A DNA stretch of 64,000 nt. It comes from Patescibacteria group bacterium. GTDB lineage: Bacteria > Patescibacteriota > Microgenomatia > UBA1400 > PJMF01. Position 1 is the stretch's first letter. Every line of letters starts with the position of its first letter. The position numbers and the translations under genes are program-made. Under the pieces are notes generated by a model. The model did not search any database and had not been told where the DNA came from. It worked only from the letters and a program-made list of their open reading frames with translations. The DNA is taken from assembly GCA_016861085.1 (NCBI GenBank), contig BOKR01000001.1, positions 3,271 to 67,270 of the forward strand, given 5' to 3'. Shown here piece by piece: positions 47,103 to 57,606 of this stretch.

Positions 47103-48026
47103 GTGTTGAAAATTGCAAAAAAAATAGTCTGCATGACATGTCGTTATAATTTTGATACACTATATCATAATAGTGGCAGTATTCGGGACTATGCCTGGAT
47201 AAGAAATCAGAACTATTTTAACGCAAAAAATATGAAAAAGACCGATGGTGTAACAAATTTTCTAGGGTATAAAATTACAAGCATTCCGAAGGATCAACTG
47301 CTAAAAAATCTATTTTCTCAAGTAGACTCCGGTGAGAAGTTGAAAACTGTCTTTACACCCAACCCCGAGCAGTTAGTTTTGGCAAAGTCCTATAGTTGGT
47401 TCGAAAAATTTTTGGGTAAATCTGACATTTTACTTCCAGATGGCATGGGAATCGTTATAGGTTCTCAAATTTTATCTGCTTTTGGCAAAGGAGAACCGAT
47501 TTTACAGCGAATTGCAGGAGTTGATGTTGTGAGTGAATTGTTGGCAAACATGCCAAGGAAAACAATTCTTATCATTGGCGGAAGAAATTATTCTGGATGT
47601 GAGTATATGGATTGGAAGGTTGTTGGCCCTGGTAGTTCAAAGAAAACTAACAAGAAAAATAAAGTACTTTACTGGAATGAGGCATTTTTAAATGCTGTTC
47701 AACCAACTACCCAAGAAAAGAAACAGTTGGAATCGTATTGTGCTGCCATAAAGCCTGATATAGTTTTTGTGGCTCTTGGGGCTCCACAACAGGAAAAGTG
47801 GGTAATAGAAAATAAGGCATTTTTACAGTCGATCGGAGTTAAGTTGGTAATGGCTGTTGGTGGCTCGTTTGATATATTGTTCGGTAAAATTTCTAGAGCC
47901 CCAAAATGGATGCAGCAAATTGGTCTAGAGTGGTTATTCCGGCTTTATAAGGAGCCTTGGCGCTGGAGAAGACAAGTTAATTTACTCGTCTTTTTGAAAA
48001 TGGTTGTTCAGGAAGCGCTTACTTAA
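47103..48026 (+). CDS. WecB/TagA/CpsF-family (GT26) glycosyltransferase
   Basis: …FTPNPEQLVLA…LLPDGMGIV…ILIIGG…VALGAPQQEKWV…MAVGGSFDILFGKISRAPKWMQQIGLEWLFRLYKEPWRWRRQ matches the GT26 C-terminal signature. Confidence 0.8.
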   Translation: MLKIAKKIVCMTCRYNFDTLYHNSGSIRDYAWIRNQNYFNAKNMKKTDGVTNFLGYKITSIPKDQLLKNLFSQVDSGEKLKTVFTPNPEQLVLAKSYSWFEKFLGKSDILLPDGMGIVIGSQILSAFGKGEPILQRIAGVDVVSELLANMPRKTILIIGGRNYSGCEYMDWKVVGPGSSKKTNKKNKVLYWNEAFLNAVQPTTQEKKQLESYCAAIKPDIVFVALGAPQQEKWVIENKAFLQSIGVKLVMAVGGSFDILFGKISRAPKWMQQIGLEWLFRLYKEPWRWRRQVNLLVFLKMVVQEALT

Positions 48027-48078
48027 GTACTCTGCATATTTTGTATCTATGACTTTTTTCAAAAAAGACTGGTCATAA

Positions 48079-48107
48079 GAAAAAAAATGGCCCTCAAGGA
48101 GGGCCAT
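48079..48107 (-). terminator. intrinsic terminator for the HTH gene (minus strand), possibly bidirectional
   Basis: ATGGCCCTC-AAG-GAGGGCCAT hairpin preceded on the plus strand by A8, which is U8 on the minus strand. Confidence 0.65.
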
Positions 48108-48131
48108 TCTGAGTCAATTTTCTAAGAAGAT

Positions 48132-48401
48132 CTACATTTCTTCGCCTGTTACTCCAAGTAACCAGAGTACTGCTTCTTTTTTATATCTTCTATCACCGCG
48201 AGAATTAATTCTAATCGCCGGGAGCTTGCCTCGTTTTCCCCATCTCTTAATGGTGAGGGGAGAAACGCGCAGTAAATCTGCAACTTCACGAACAGTGAGC
48301 AGGTCTGGCAAGTTCTTAATATCTAATCTACTTGCGTCATCAGCTCTGCCGGTTTTTTTATCTTCTTCTTGTACTGCAGTGGGCTGAACTTGATCGTTCA
48401 T
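48132..48401 (-). CDS. small helix-turn-helix DNA-binding protein (excisionase/MerR-like HTH)
   Basis: …LLTVREVADLLRVSPLTIKRWGKRGKLPAIRIN… is a classic excisionase-family HTH. 89 aa. Confidence 0.7.
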   Translation of the reverse strand: MNDQVQPTAVQEEDKKTGRADDASRLDIKNLPDLLTVREVADLLRVSPLTIKRWGKRGKLPAIRINSRGDRRYKKEAVLWLLGVTGEEM

Positions 48402-48676
48402 ATGTGCTGTCCTTTATTCTCCTGTTTCCAGGAATAGTTTTTATACTGTTTTGTGCAGTTTGCTGGACTTAGTTAGTATAGTAATAAGCCAATAAAATGC
48501 AGTCTCACTAATAGTAAGTACAACTTACTGCTTAGCACATACCGGTGAAAAGTAGCTCAAAAGTAAGCTTTGCTATATACACAGTAGCAGAGTATTCTTA
48601 ATTGGGTCAATAGGGAATTTGAAAGCACTGTATTTAATGTGGTAAATACCCAAATTCACGATATACTTTGTGATAT

Positions 48677-49627
48677 ATGCAACTTGTAATCTCTGGTTCA
48701 ATGTCTGTTGATCAAATTATGATTTTTGGTGGTACGTTTGAAAGTCTAATACAACCAGAAAAACTACATGTATTATCGATTGCGCCATTAGTTGATAAAC
48801 TCAAGCGAACTAGAGGGGGAACTGCAGGGAACATTGCATACTCGTTGGCTCTATTGGGTGAAAAACCAGTACTTTTAGCCTCTGTTGGTTCAGAGTCACA
48901 GGAGTACATTGATGATTTGCAAAAAATTGGAGTTGATACAACTTACGTACATTTTTCGAAATTACATACAGCTACATTCAGTGTATTAACAGACAAAAAT
49001 AATTGCCAGGTTGGTGGTTTCTACCCTGGAGCAATGAGTGATGCTACCACATTGACCCTAAAGAAATTTGAGAATAGAGATATTTTGATGGTTATTTCAG
49101 CGCATGATCCACAAGGAATGGCTACTCAAATTTCAGAATGCAAAAGACTGCATAAAAGATTTTTATTTGATCCTGGACAACAATCGCTTATTTTGTCAAA
49201 GGCAGTGTTGCAAGAGGGGATTAAGAGAGCAGAAATAGTAATTGTGAATGACTATGAGATGGGTTTACTCGTCAAGAGAACAGGGTGGAGTCAGAAAGAA
49301 ATTGTAGGTAAGCTAAAGGTTTGTATAGTGACACTCGGTGAGAAGGGCTCAAAGATTTGGGTTGAAGGAAAACTAAAACGAGTACCTGCAGTTATACTTC
49401 CTGCTGAAGAAGTTGTGGATCCAACAGGAGCAGGCGATGCCTTCAGAGCAGGGTTTTTGTATGGATACGTCAGGGATTGGGAGGTTGCAACATGCGCAAA
49501 ACTCGGGTCAGTCATTGCTTCATTTGTAGTTGCTTGTCACGGCACTCAGGAACACTCTATAAATTGGGAGCAAATAAAAAAAAGATATGAGGAAACGTAT
49601 AAAGAGTCATTAGAAGGAGTGGTATGA
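48677..49627 (+). CDS. PfkB-family carbohydrate/nucleoside kinase (candidate adenosine kinase)
   Basis: PfkB signature [16 protein letters not shown]. 4-bp overlap with ahcY suggests an adenosine-salvage operon. Confidence 0.75.
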   Translation: MQLVISGSMSVDQIMIFGGTFESLIQPEKLHVLSIAPLVDKLKRTRGGTAGNIAYSLALLGEKPVLLASVGSESQEYIDDLQKIGVDTTYVHFSKLHTATFSVLTDKNNCQVGGFYPGAMSDATTLTLKKFENRDILMVISAHDPQGMATQISECKRLHKRFLFDPGQQSLILSKAVLQEGIKRAEIVIVNDYEMGLLVKRTGWSQKEIVGKLKVCIVTLGEKGSKIWVEGKLKRVPAVILPAEEVVDPTGAGDAFRAGFLYGYVRDWEVATCAKLGSVIASFVVACHGTQEHSINWEQIKKRYEETYKESLEGVV

Positions 49628-50928
49628 AGAATGATTATAAAGTTAAGGATATTTCACTTGCTGGTTGGGGAAGAACTGAAATTAAACTAGCTGAAAAAGA
49701 AATGCCCGGGTTAATGGCACTCAGAAGTGAATATGCAGGTAAAAAGCCGCTGAAAGGTGCAAGAATTGCAGGGTCATTACATATGACCATTCAAACTGCT
49801 GTTTTGATCGAAACACTGATTGATTTGGGGGCACAAGTTCGTTGGGCTTCTTGTAATATTTTTTCGACTCAAGATCATGCTGCTGCTGCGATTGCTAAGG
49901 CTGGAATTCCAGTTTTTGCCTGGAAAGGCGAAACGGAAAAGGAGTATTGGTGGTGTACTGATCAAACACTTGAATTCAAAGATAAAAAAGGGAACGTTAT
50001 TGGTCCAAATATGTTACTTGATGATGGTGGAGATTTAACTCAAAGAGTGCATGCTCAATTTCCACAGTATCTTGAACAAATAAAAGGTGTTTCTGAAGAG
50101 ACTACTACAGGAGTGCATCACTTGTACAAAATGTTAAAAGATGGCGAGCTTAAGATTCCGGCCATTAACGTGAATGATTCGGTGACAAAATCAAAATTCG
50201 ATAATTTATATGGGTGTCGTGAATCATTGGTTGACGGAATTAGAAGAGCAACAGATGTTATGCTTGCCGGTAAAGTTGCTTTTGTGGCAGGATTTGGTGA
50301 TGTTGGCAAGGGCAGTGCTCAGTCGTTGCGAAATAACGGAGCTCGGGTAATAATCGGAGAAATTGATCCAATTTGTGCTTTGCAAGCAGCAATGGAAGGC
50401 TACGAAGTCAAGAGAATCGAGGATGTCATCAAAGAAGTTGATGTTTTTGTAACCGCAACAGGATGTAAAGACATTATCACAATTCAACACATGGAGAAAA
50501 TGAAGGACACTGCTATTGTTTGTAATATTGGTCACTTTGATGTGGAAATTCAGGTTGCTCAGCTGAATGCATATAAAGGGATTAAAAAAGAACAGGTTAA
50601 GCCACAAGTTGATCTGTACACATTCCCAGATGGGCACAGAATTATTCTGTTGGCTGAAGGCAGATTGGTGAACCTTGGGTGTGCTATGGGGCACCCTTCA
50701 TTTGTGATGTCTAACTCATTTACTAATCAGGTTTTAGCCCAAATTGAGTTGTTTACCAAGCAGTACGAGATTGGTGTGTATTTCTTGCCAAAGCACCTCG
50801 ATGAAAAGGTAGCATCGCTGCACCTGGAGCAAATTGGTGTCAAATTAACCAAACTGACCAAAGATCAGGCAGAATATCTGGGAGTGAATAAATCTGGACC
50901 GTTTAAGTCAGACCATTACAGATATTAA
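49624..50928 (+). CDS. ahcY: adenosylhomocysteinase
   Basis: …[26 protein letters not shown]… plus the NAD-binding domain. 434 aa. Confidence 0.9.
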   Translation: MKNDYKVKDISLAGWGRTEIKLAEKEMPGLMALRSEYAGKKPLKGARIAGSLHMTIQTAVLIETLIDLGAQVRWASCNIFSTQDHAAAAIAKAGIPVFAWKGETEKEYWWCTDQTLEFKDKKGNVIGPNMLLDDGGDLTQRVHAQFPQYLEQIKGVSEETTTGVHHLYKMLKDGELKIPAINVNDSVTKSKFDNLYGCRESLVDGIRRATDVMLAGKVAFVAGFGDVGKGSAQSLRNNGARVIIGEIDPICALQAAMEGYEVKRIEDVIKEVDVFVTATGCKDIITIQHMEKMKDTAIVCNIGHFDVEIQVAQLNAYKGIKKEQVKPQVDLYTFPDGHRIILLAEGRLVNLGCAMGHPSFVMSNSFTNQVLAQIELFTKQYEIGVYFLPKHLDEKVASLHLEQIGVKLTKLTKDQAEYLGVNKSGPFKSDHYRY

Positions 50929-50949
50929 TCTTTGTTTTTTTTGATAAAT

Positions 50950-50978
50950 AAAAGACCCCGCCAAGGCGGGGTCTTTCT
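50950..50978 (+). terminator. bidirectional intrinsic terminator between ahcY (+) and rplL (-)
   Basis: GACCCCGCC-AA-GGCGGGGTC hairpin flanked by an A-run 5' and a T-run 3'. Confidence 0.7.
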
Positions 50979-51062
50979 AAATCAATCGAAAATTTGATTG
51001 TGTGCCTTACGGCATATTTCGTACCAGCAGAATTTTTTAACAAAAATTCTGGGTCCGAAAGA

Positions 51063-51464
51063 TTATTTTAATTCAACAACACAACCTGCTGCTTCGAGAT
51101 CTTTCTTTGCTTGTTCAGCAACTTCTTTCTTAGCACCTTCCAAAACTGTTTTTGGAGCTGATTCTACGAAAGTTTTAGCTTCACCTAAACCAAGTTCTGG
51201 TTTGAGGGTTCTAACAGCCTTAATAGCACCGATTTTGTTTGAACCTGCATCTTTGAGGATGACATCAAACTCAGTTTGCTCTTCAGCTGGAGCTGCTGCT
51301 GCGGCTGCTGGCATAGCACCCATCATCATAGGAGCTGCTGCGGTAACACCGAATTCTGATTCGAGTGCTTTTACTAATTCTGAGACTTCCATTAAAGAGA
51401 GTTCTTTAATTGCGTCTACCAATTTTTGCACTTTTGGAGAAAGTGCTTTGTTTTCATCTGACAT
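51063..51464 (-). CDS. rplL: 50S ribosomal protein L7/L12
   Basis: Ala/Met-rich hinge [22 protein letters not shown]-terminal domain …[35 protein letters not shown]…. Confidence 0.95.
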   Translation of the reverse strand: MSDENKALSPKVQKLVDAIKELSLMEVSELVKALESEFGVTAAAPMMMGAMPAAAAAAPAEEQTEFDVILKDAGSNKIGAIKAVRTLKPELGLGEAKTFVESAPKTVLEGAKKEVAEQAKKDLEAAGCVVELK

Positions 51465-51535
51465 GTGAGTCCTTTCTTATTATTAAACTGTTGTCAAATT
51501 TATACTATGCCAATTGCATGGCGGCTGGTTTATTT

Positions 51536-52045
51536 TTAGGCTGCCTGTTTGTCGGCGATAGCCTTAAGAGCATAAACCAAGTCTCTTTGATTTGCTTTAA
51601 GAACGTTGACCATTCCTGTAGCAGGAGCTTGAAGGGTTCTGATAAGCATAGCGATAAGTTCGTTTTTGCCTGGAAGTTTGCTGAGAGCCTCAACTTGTGC
51701 AGGTGAGAGAACAGCATCATCCATGAATCCTTCTTTAATTGTTAACTTTTCTGAATCCTTTTGAAAAGCGAATAAAGCCTTAATGGCTGCAACTTCGTCT
51801 TGATTTGAAAAGACGACTGCGTTCATTCCCTCTAGAGATTGAGAAAGTTTGCCTTTACCAATAGCAATGTCGATTAATGTATTTTTGGTAACAAGAACTT
51901 CACCGCCAGCATCAGCAACTGCTTGTCTGAATTTGACTTGGTCATTTGCACTTGTTCCGGAATAATCAACGATTGCCAATGATTTAGCCTGGGCGATTTT
52001 GTCTTTTAAGACTTCGACCATTTTTTGATTTTTTTGGTTTGGCAT
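51536..52045 (-). CDS. rplJ: 50S ribosomal protein L10
   Basis: …[37 protein letters not shown]… Sits upstream of rplL. 169 aa. Confidence 0.9.
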   Translation of the reverse strand: MPNQKNQKMVEVLKDKIAQAKSLAIVDYSGTSANDQVKFRQAVADAGGEVLVTKNTLIDIAIGKGKLSQSLEGMNAVVFSNQDEVAAIKALFAFQKDSEKLTIKEGFMDDAVLSPAQVEALSKLPGKNELIAMLIRTLQAPATGMVNVLKANQRDLVYALKAIADKQAA

Positions 52046-52308
52046 AGTCTTTCCTGAAGAACTACTACTTAATACAATTTTCTTTTTTTGTATCAGCCAA
52101 AGTTTTGTGAGGGGGGAGAATGCTTAAATTTTTTTTGCACTATGCGGAGCGAATAATCACAAAATCCGCGCTTAAAAAATTTAGTTTTGTATCTCAGCCT
52201 CGGCGTGACTTACTGTTGCTTACGCAACGTGCGCGCTGTCTTTGGTTGACAAGAAACTATTATAACATGGAAATGCTTATTTGCAATATATCAGGGGTAG
52301 TTCGAGAT

Positions 52309-52968
52309 CTATGCAGGTGAGAGTGCGACACCAAACTGTGTTTGAGGAAAACGAACCGGTCTTTGCTGTGTTTTTTTGCTATTAGTACTAATAATAGAGA
52401 AAACTAAACTCTGGGGAATTGCGTCTTTAGTTGTGCCAAGTACGTAGAGAGAAATGTCAGTATCTACATATGTTGGGATTTTTTGGTTGTTCGGTAAATT
52501 ATACAAGCGCGTAAGGTAATTTAAAAGGGCGCTGGGTGATACCTTAATTGCTTTATTAAAGACTTCGCCTCTATATTTCATGTGATTCACAAAATTATGT
52601 GGTCCATCGTATCCAATATACCGTATTGGTGAAGCATCTGAACCAATTAAGTCTATCGGAAGGTATTCGCGCATGTTTGATAGTAGTTGAGTATCAGTAT
52701 TACTAAGCCTGAGTTCAACTCTGAGTTCTCCAGAACCTGTTGTTGTAGCCACAGAGCGTATCAGTTGCAGTAGTTTATTAACAACACCGACATTTTTGAG
52801 TGAAACTTCAGCTGCCCGTTTGAGTTTTTTACCTCTTGAAGTTTTGTCAACTTTTGAGAGGTCCAATTTTCTAAACAAGTGTTGTAACAAAATGCTTTGA
52901 GTTTGATTTACCTCTATGTCATGAGTGCGGATTGGCTGTTCTTCTTTCCCAAGTTTTCTTTTTAGCAT
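52309..52968 (-). CDS. hypothetical protein (219 aa)
   Basis: ORF with coding-like composition. No motif recognised. Confidence 0.4.
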   Translation of the reverse strand: MLKRKLGKEEQPIRTHDIEVNQTQSILLQHLFRKLDLSKVDKTSRGKKLKRAAEVSLKNVGVVNKLLQLIRSVATTTGSGELRVELRLSNTDTQLLSNMREYLPIDLIGSDASPIRYIGYDGPHNFVNHMKYRGEVFNKAIKVSPSALLNYLTRLYNLPNNQKIPTYVDTDISLYVLGTTKDAIPQSLVFSIISTNSKKTQQRPVRFPQTQFGVALSPA

Positions 52969-53162
52969 GATATGGTTATTTTAACAGAAATTTTTGTAAG
53001 TAATTATTAAGTATTGCATTCTGTTTTAGTTTGAGTTAGAGTATATCTCTAATGTTAAGTAATTATTGGCTTACCAGCAATCATACTTGCCACTTCCAAA
53101 TTAAGATGGGAGAGGTTTGTGTAGTCGCAAGGTAAAACAATAAAATTACATAACAGCGCGCA

Positions 53163-53196
53163 CAACCTCTCAAGCACACGAGAGGTTTTTTAACAT
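53163..53196 (+). terminator. intrinsic terminator-like hairpin with upstream competing (antiterminator-like) sequence; possible small RNA or attenuator
   Basis: AACCTCTC-AAGCACAC-GAGAGGTT followed by TTTTTT. Upstream GAGAGGTTTGTG (about 53105-53116) is complementary to the hairpin's 5' arm. Confidence 0.4.
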
Positions 53197-53384
53197 CTTA
53201 AAGAGTGTTTTTTTGTAAGTGTCTTTGTCACTTTAGAGTGAATAGATGCGTAATGGTTCTAGGCCAGAGCCCAAAAGAAAAAAGCTAAGGTATTAAAAGC
53301 TATAGTTTTCTGAAACGGAAAAGCACTCATACGGATGAAAATAATAGTAATAAGTGTGCAAGAAAGCAAACAGGAGGTGTTTGT

Positions 53385-53564
53385 ATGAAATTAGAAGAAA
53401 CTTCTGCCCCCTATAGCAGAGAAACCTTAGCACGATTGGCAAAGATGCTTGAGAAGTACGAGGTTCTTCCTTGGCTTAATCCAGCTACTAATGCCATTAG
53501 CATTAAGGATTTTAGTTTTATGCAACATCGTCCCTTTATGCAAGTATTTTTTCCTCAAGAATAG
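53385..53564 (+). CDS. small ORF (59 aa) with strong Shine-Dalgarno
   Basis: AGGAGG sits 7 nt upstream of the ATG. 59 codons, below the 60-aa cut-off of the ORF track. Ends just before the thrS promoter. Confidence 0.3.
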   Translation: MKLEETSAPYSRETLARLAKMLEKYEVLPWLNPATNAISIKDFSFMQHRPFMQVFFPQE

Positions 53565-53806
53565 GTCATGGTATAATCCACGTGATGCATAAAGTATTGA
53601 TCGTAACCACCACTACAACTACAATCCCTGTTTAGGGTGTGGTTAGTAGTGTTTAAAGTAAATCACGAAAGCTCCCCTAAACGGGGAGCTTTTTCTTTCG
53701 GAGCCGACCTTTTTCGTTAGAAAAAGTCGTAGCTACGAAATATGCAAAGCAACGCTATGCTTAGGACGATATACTATATAATAAGTACACAAGATTAAGG
53801 AAACAC
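53563..53806 (+). promoter_or_regulatory. thrS 5' leader: extended -10 promoter (TGgTATAAT 53569-53577), terminator/antiterminator switch (hairpin 53670-53690 plus U-run; GTTTAGGG 53630-53637 complementary to CCCTAAAC 53675-53682), conserved about 47-nt element 53694-53740
   Basis: Hairpin AGCTCCCC-TAAAC-GGGGAGCT followed by TTTTT. The downstream block TTCTTTCGGAGCCGACCTTTTTCGTTAGAAAAAGTCGTAGCTACGAAA is about 94% identical to 8868-8916. Contains ACCACC (Thr codons) and UGGU upstream of the hairpin. Confidence 0.5.
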
Positions 53807-55573
53807 ATGAACGAACAACACAGTCAAGAAGAACTAGAAAAATTGAGACACTCAGCTGCTCATTTATTGGCAGCAGCAGTAATGGAATTGTACCCAGAGG
53901 CAAAACCAACAATTGGCCCAGCCACAGATGAAGGCTTTTATTATGACTTTGATTTTGGTTCAGCACCAATTAACGAGGATAGTTTAGTCGAAATCGAAAA
54001 GAAAATGCGTTTTTTGGTTAAAAACTGGGGAGCATTTGAGCGCCAAGAAGTCAGCGCTGAGGTGGCATTACAAAACTACAGATACAACTCATACAAGACA
54101 GAGCTTATTGATGAGATTGTCCAATCTGGTGAAGTCCTTACTTTGTACAAGTCAGGGAATTTTGTTGATTTATGTCGTGGAGGTCATATAGAAAAACCAT
54201 CTGTGAATCTCAAATATTTTAAATTACTTTCACTAGCGGGTGCATATTGGCGTGGAAGTGAACGAAATAAGATGCTTACTCGCATTTATGGCACAGCATT
54301 TTTCTCTCAACAAGAACTTGATGAGTACCTAAAAATGAAAGCTGAAGCCAAAGAGCGAGATCATAGAAAACTTGGAAAAGAATTGGGCTTGTTTGTCTTT
54401 TCTGACACTGTTGGTAAGGGTCTACCACTGTGGACTGCAAAAGGGGCAACAATTCGTCGTGAGTTAGAACGATTTGTAGTTGATGAAGAAATCAAGCGAG
54501 GGTACCAACATGTCTATACGCCAGATATCGCAAACTTAGATTTATACAAAAAGTCTGGTCACTACCCATACTATAAAGAAAGTATGTATGCGCCAATTCA
54601 GATTGAGGAAGAAGAATATATGCTTCGGCCAATGACGTGTCCGCATCATTTTGAGCTCTATAACGCGCATCCTCATTCATATAAAGAGCTACCTATGCGT
54701 ATTGCCGAACTTGCGAAGTTGTATCGATTTGAAAAGTCAGGAGAACTCACTGGTTTAATTCGAGTACGCAGTTTTTGTTTGGCAGACTCACACATCGTCT
54801 GTATGAAATCACAAGCAAAGTCAGAAATTAACGGCGTTTTGGATTTGATAGAGTACATGGCCCAAACATTTGGATTACAGCCAGGAGTTGATTTATCTTA
54901 TCGCTTATCGCTTGGTGATAGGGCAGACGATAAAAAATATTTCAAAGATGATGCCTCTTGGGATTTCGCAGAAGATGCATTGCGCCAAGTGTTGCAGGAG
55001 AGAGGCTCAAAATTTGTTGAAGCAGAAAAAGAGGCAGCTTTTTATGGTCCAAAGATTGATGTGCAAATGCGAAATGTGAATGGTAAAGAGGATACTGCTT
55101 TCACGGTTCAGTATGATTTTGTGATGCCACAGCGATTTGATTTGCAGTATGTAAATGAGAATGGTGCAGTTGAGCAACCAGTTGTTATTCATCGCTCATC
55201 TATTGGTGCAATTGAAAGGACAATAGCATTTTTGATCGAAACATTTTCTGGAAAATTCCCAGTTTGGCTCGCTCCTGTCCAGGTTAAAATACTTCCTATA
55301 TCAGATAAATATCTTGATTATGCACAAGAAGTATATTCACAACTGCTTCGGGAAAATATTAGGGTAGAGTTAGACAATCGCTCAGAGCGCTTACAAGCAA
55401 AGATTCGTGATGCTCAAATGGAAAAAGTGCCATACATGTTAGTTGTCGGGGAACAAGAAGTTGCCGATAAGACTGTCGCGGTTAGAAGTAGAGATACTAA
55501 AGAACAAAACGTTGTGTCGATCACTGATTTTCTTGCAAACATAAAGTCTGAGATTCAAGAACGAAAGCTATAG
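53807..55573 (+). CDS. thrS: threonyl-tRNA synthetase (lacks N-terminal TGS domain)
   Basis: Second additional domain, class II catalytic core (…MTCPHHFELYNAHPHSYKELPMRIAELAKLYRFEKSGELTGLIRVRSFCLADSHIV…), anticodon-binding domain. 588 aa. Confidence 0.9.
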   Translation: MNEQHSQEELEKLRHSAAHLLAAAVMELYPEAKPTIGPATDEGFYYDFDFGSAPINEDSLVEIEKKMRFLVKNWGAFERQEVSAEVALQNYRYNSYKTELIDEIVQSGEVLTLYKSGNFVDLCRGGHIEKPSVNLKYFKLLSLAGAYWRGSERNKMLTRIYGTAFFSQQELDEYLKMKAEAKERDHRKLGKELGLFVFSDTVGKGLPLWTAKGATIRRELERFVVDEEIKRGYQHVYTPDIANLDLYKKSGHYPYYKESMYAPIQIEEEEYMLRPMTCPHHFELYNAHPHSYKELPMRIAELAKLYRFEKSGELTGLIRVRSFCLADSHIVCMKSQAKSEINGVLDLIEYMAQTFGLQPGVDLSYRLSLGDRADDKKYFKDDASWDFAEDALRQVLQERGSKFVEAEKEAAFYGPKIDVQMRNVNGKEDTAFTVQYDFVMPQRFDLQYVNENGAVEQPVVIHRSSIGAIERTIAFLIETFSGKFPVWLAPVQVKILPISDKYLDYAQEVYSQLLRENIRVELDNRSERLQAKIRDAQMEKVPYMLVVGEQEVADKTVAVRSRDTKEQNVVSITDFLANIKSEIQERKL

Positions 55574-55601
55574 TAATCTTCATTATCGCTTTCCCAAAAA
55601 A

Positions 55602-57554
55602 TTAAGAAGAAAATGATTTAGGAATCTCTACATGGAATGTATTGCCAACAGTAGGATTGGGCTCGTACCAAATCTTGCCTTTTAGCTGTTCTAGTAGTAA
55701 TTTAGTGAGGTATAAAGAAAGTCCTAATCCTTCTGGATTCATTTTAATTGCTTCTTTTCCTCTGTATAAGTTGGTAAATAGTTTGCCTTGAACCTCGTCA
55801 GGGATTTTTTTGGCAGAATCCGAAACACTCACGATGACACTATTTGGCTGATCTGAAGCAGTTATTGTGATTTTTCCGCCTTGCTCAGAATACTGTACCG
55901 CATTTGAGATTAAAGCATGAAGGATAATTCCAACAGCATTCTTATCATGTTTAAGAGTTTTAGGTTCTGAATACTTTTTTAGTACACTCAATTTTTTTAC
56001 CTCAATTTTATTAATAAATTCTTTTGAGATTGTTTCGATGAGTTCAGGGAGCGAAAATTCTTCAGGATTGATTGGAAATAGCCCTGTCTCTATTTCAGAG
56101 ACATCTGAAAGGGTATTGGCAAGGGTAATCATTCTTTTGATTTGAGATTCAAAGATATTCCAAATCTCTCTTTCTTGGGTAGTGAGAATTTTGGTAACTT
56201 TGGGGGAGAGAAGTTCAACTGCCCAACGCATTGCCCCAGGGGGGGTGCGAAGCTGATGCTGGACTAGGGCGATAAACTCTTTTTTTGCTTTTTGAAGTTG
56301 GTGTTCTTCAGTGATATCTATAGCGAGCACAACAACTTTCTCAACGAGAGTATCACGCTTAATTGGAGTGGCAATCATTCTAAAAATATGGCTGCCAATT
56401 GAAGCTTCATATTTGACTTCTTGGCCTTGAATTGCAAGCCTTATATTTTTGGTGATCTCTTGGTTGTCTTTATAGAGTTCAAAAATTGAGGAGCCAGTGA
56501 GTTTATTTGGATCATCAATGACATCTCTAACTGATTTTCCTGCCGCGAACAATACTATACCATTTGTATCGATCTCAGAGAGAATTACAGGAACATTATC
56601 AATTACTTTGCTAAAATATCGCTCTTTTTCAGCTAGTTGTCCAAGGGCTGTTCTGCGAGCGGTACGTAAGGATAGTATTAAGATCCAAGAAATTAGAATG
56701 AAGAGAATACCGCCAATAATTGTTGGAAGTACCCAAGGTGGTACAACTTCAATTCTTGTTACAAGTGAGGATAACCCATACTTTCGTAGCATCCCTTCGA
56801 ATGTTTTTTCTTGGTCATTTTTCATTATTCTTATCCAAGTATCAATTTTTTCTCTGAGGTAACTACTGTTTACAGCATTCCTTGTAAAGGCAAATCGTAA
56901 CTCAGTCGGACTGAAAATAACGTCTGATGCCTTAATATTTTTGTATTTTTTTTCTGCTTCAAGCCCGCTAATTCTGCTCACAATTGCTGCATCAACTTCT
57001 CCATTCTCGAGGAGAGTAAAGACTTCATCATACTGCTCTTTTTCTACAAAGCGTATGTCTAGCTCAAAGGCACCAATATATTGGTTGATACCGGCAGGTC
57101 CTTCCATATAAACACTAGACCTTAAAATTGCGACATCTTTTCCGCTTAAATCTTTAAATGAATCTAAAGTCATATTTTTGTTTGTATATACGACACCCCA
57201 ACTGCTCAGAATTGTTTCATTTGAAAAGTCAAAAAGCAGTTCACGATCACCTGTTACGGCCACATCAACGGCGATATCAATTTCTCCAGATTCAAGTTGT
57301 TGTAAATTTTGTTCGAAAGTGCCAGGTACAAATACTAATTCCCAGTTTTCTTTTTCAGCAATATAGATAAGGACGTCGGCAAACAGACCGGAAACTTGGC
57401 CGTCAGAGGTGACAGAAATTTTGGGGGGATTATGATAAACACCAACTTTGACAATTCTTTTTTCTTGAGCAAATGTGGGTTTCACACATATAAAAAGGGC
57501 AGTAATCAGGATAAATATGCTGAAAAAAAGACGGTGAGTTAAAAAATTGCGCAT
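55602..57554 (-). CDS. sensor histidine kinase with periplasmic solute-binding (SBP family 3) sensor domain
   Basis: Signal peptide. SBP3-like domain (…KVGVYHNPPKISVTSDGQVSGLFADV…IDIAVDVAVTGDRE…). TM helix, PAS-like region, HisKA H-box LVQHQLRTPPGAM, and HATPase_c (N, G1, G2 boxes). 650 aa. Confidence 0.75.
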   Translation of the reverse strand: MRNFLTHRLFFSIFILITALFICVKPTFAQEKRIVKVGVYHNPPKISVTSDGQVSGLFADVLIYIAEKENWELVFVPGTFEQNLQQLESGEIDIAVDVAVTGDRELLFDFSNETILSSWGVVYTNKNMTLDSFKDLSGKDVAILRSSVYMEGPAGINQYIGAFELDIRFVEKEQYDEVFTLLENGEVDAAIVSRISGLEAEKKYKNIKASDVIFSPTELRFAFTRNAVNSSYLREKIDTWIRIMKNDQEKTFEGMLRKYGLSSLVTRIEVVPPWVLPTIIGGILFILISWILILSLRTARRTALGQLAEKERYFSKVIDNVPVILSEIDTNGIVLFAAGKSVRDVIDDPNKLTGSSIFELYKDNQEITKNIRLAIQGQEVKYEASIGSHIFRMIATPIKRDTLVEKVVVLAIDITEEHQLQKAKKEFIALVQHQLRTPPGAMRWAVELLSPKVTKILTTQEREIWNIFESQIKRMITLANTLSDVSEIETGLFPINPEEFSLPELIETISKEFINKIEVKKLSVLKKYSEPKTLKHDKNAVGIILHALISNAVQYSEQGGKITITASDQPNSVIVSVSDSAKKIPDEVQGKLFTNLYRGKEAIKMNPEGLGLSLYLTKLLLEQLKGKIWYEPNPTVGNTFHVEIPKSFSS

Positions 57555-57606
57555 AACACCAAACTTTTGTTAATAAAGTAATAATAGCAGAAATTACTTA
57601 TTTAGT

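Noticed and set aside
50998-51706. Plus-strand ORFs of 156 and 98 aa antisense to rplL/rplJ
   Set aside because: Antisense to highly conserved ribosomal protein genes. The Ala-rich translation mirrors the L7/L12 hinge. These are shadow ORFs.
52046-52308. TTGACA…TATAAC promoter-like sequence on the plus strand in the rplJ upstream region
   Set aside because: It points away from rplJ, a minus-strand gene, and towards a minus-strand ORF, so it cannot drive either gene. It is probably fortuitous in AT-rich DNA. The genuine L10-leader structure on the minus strand was not resolved by eye.
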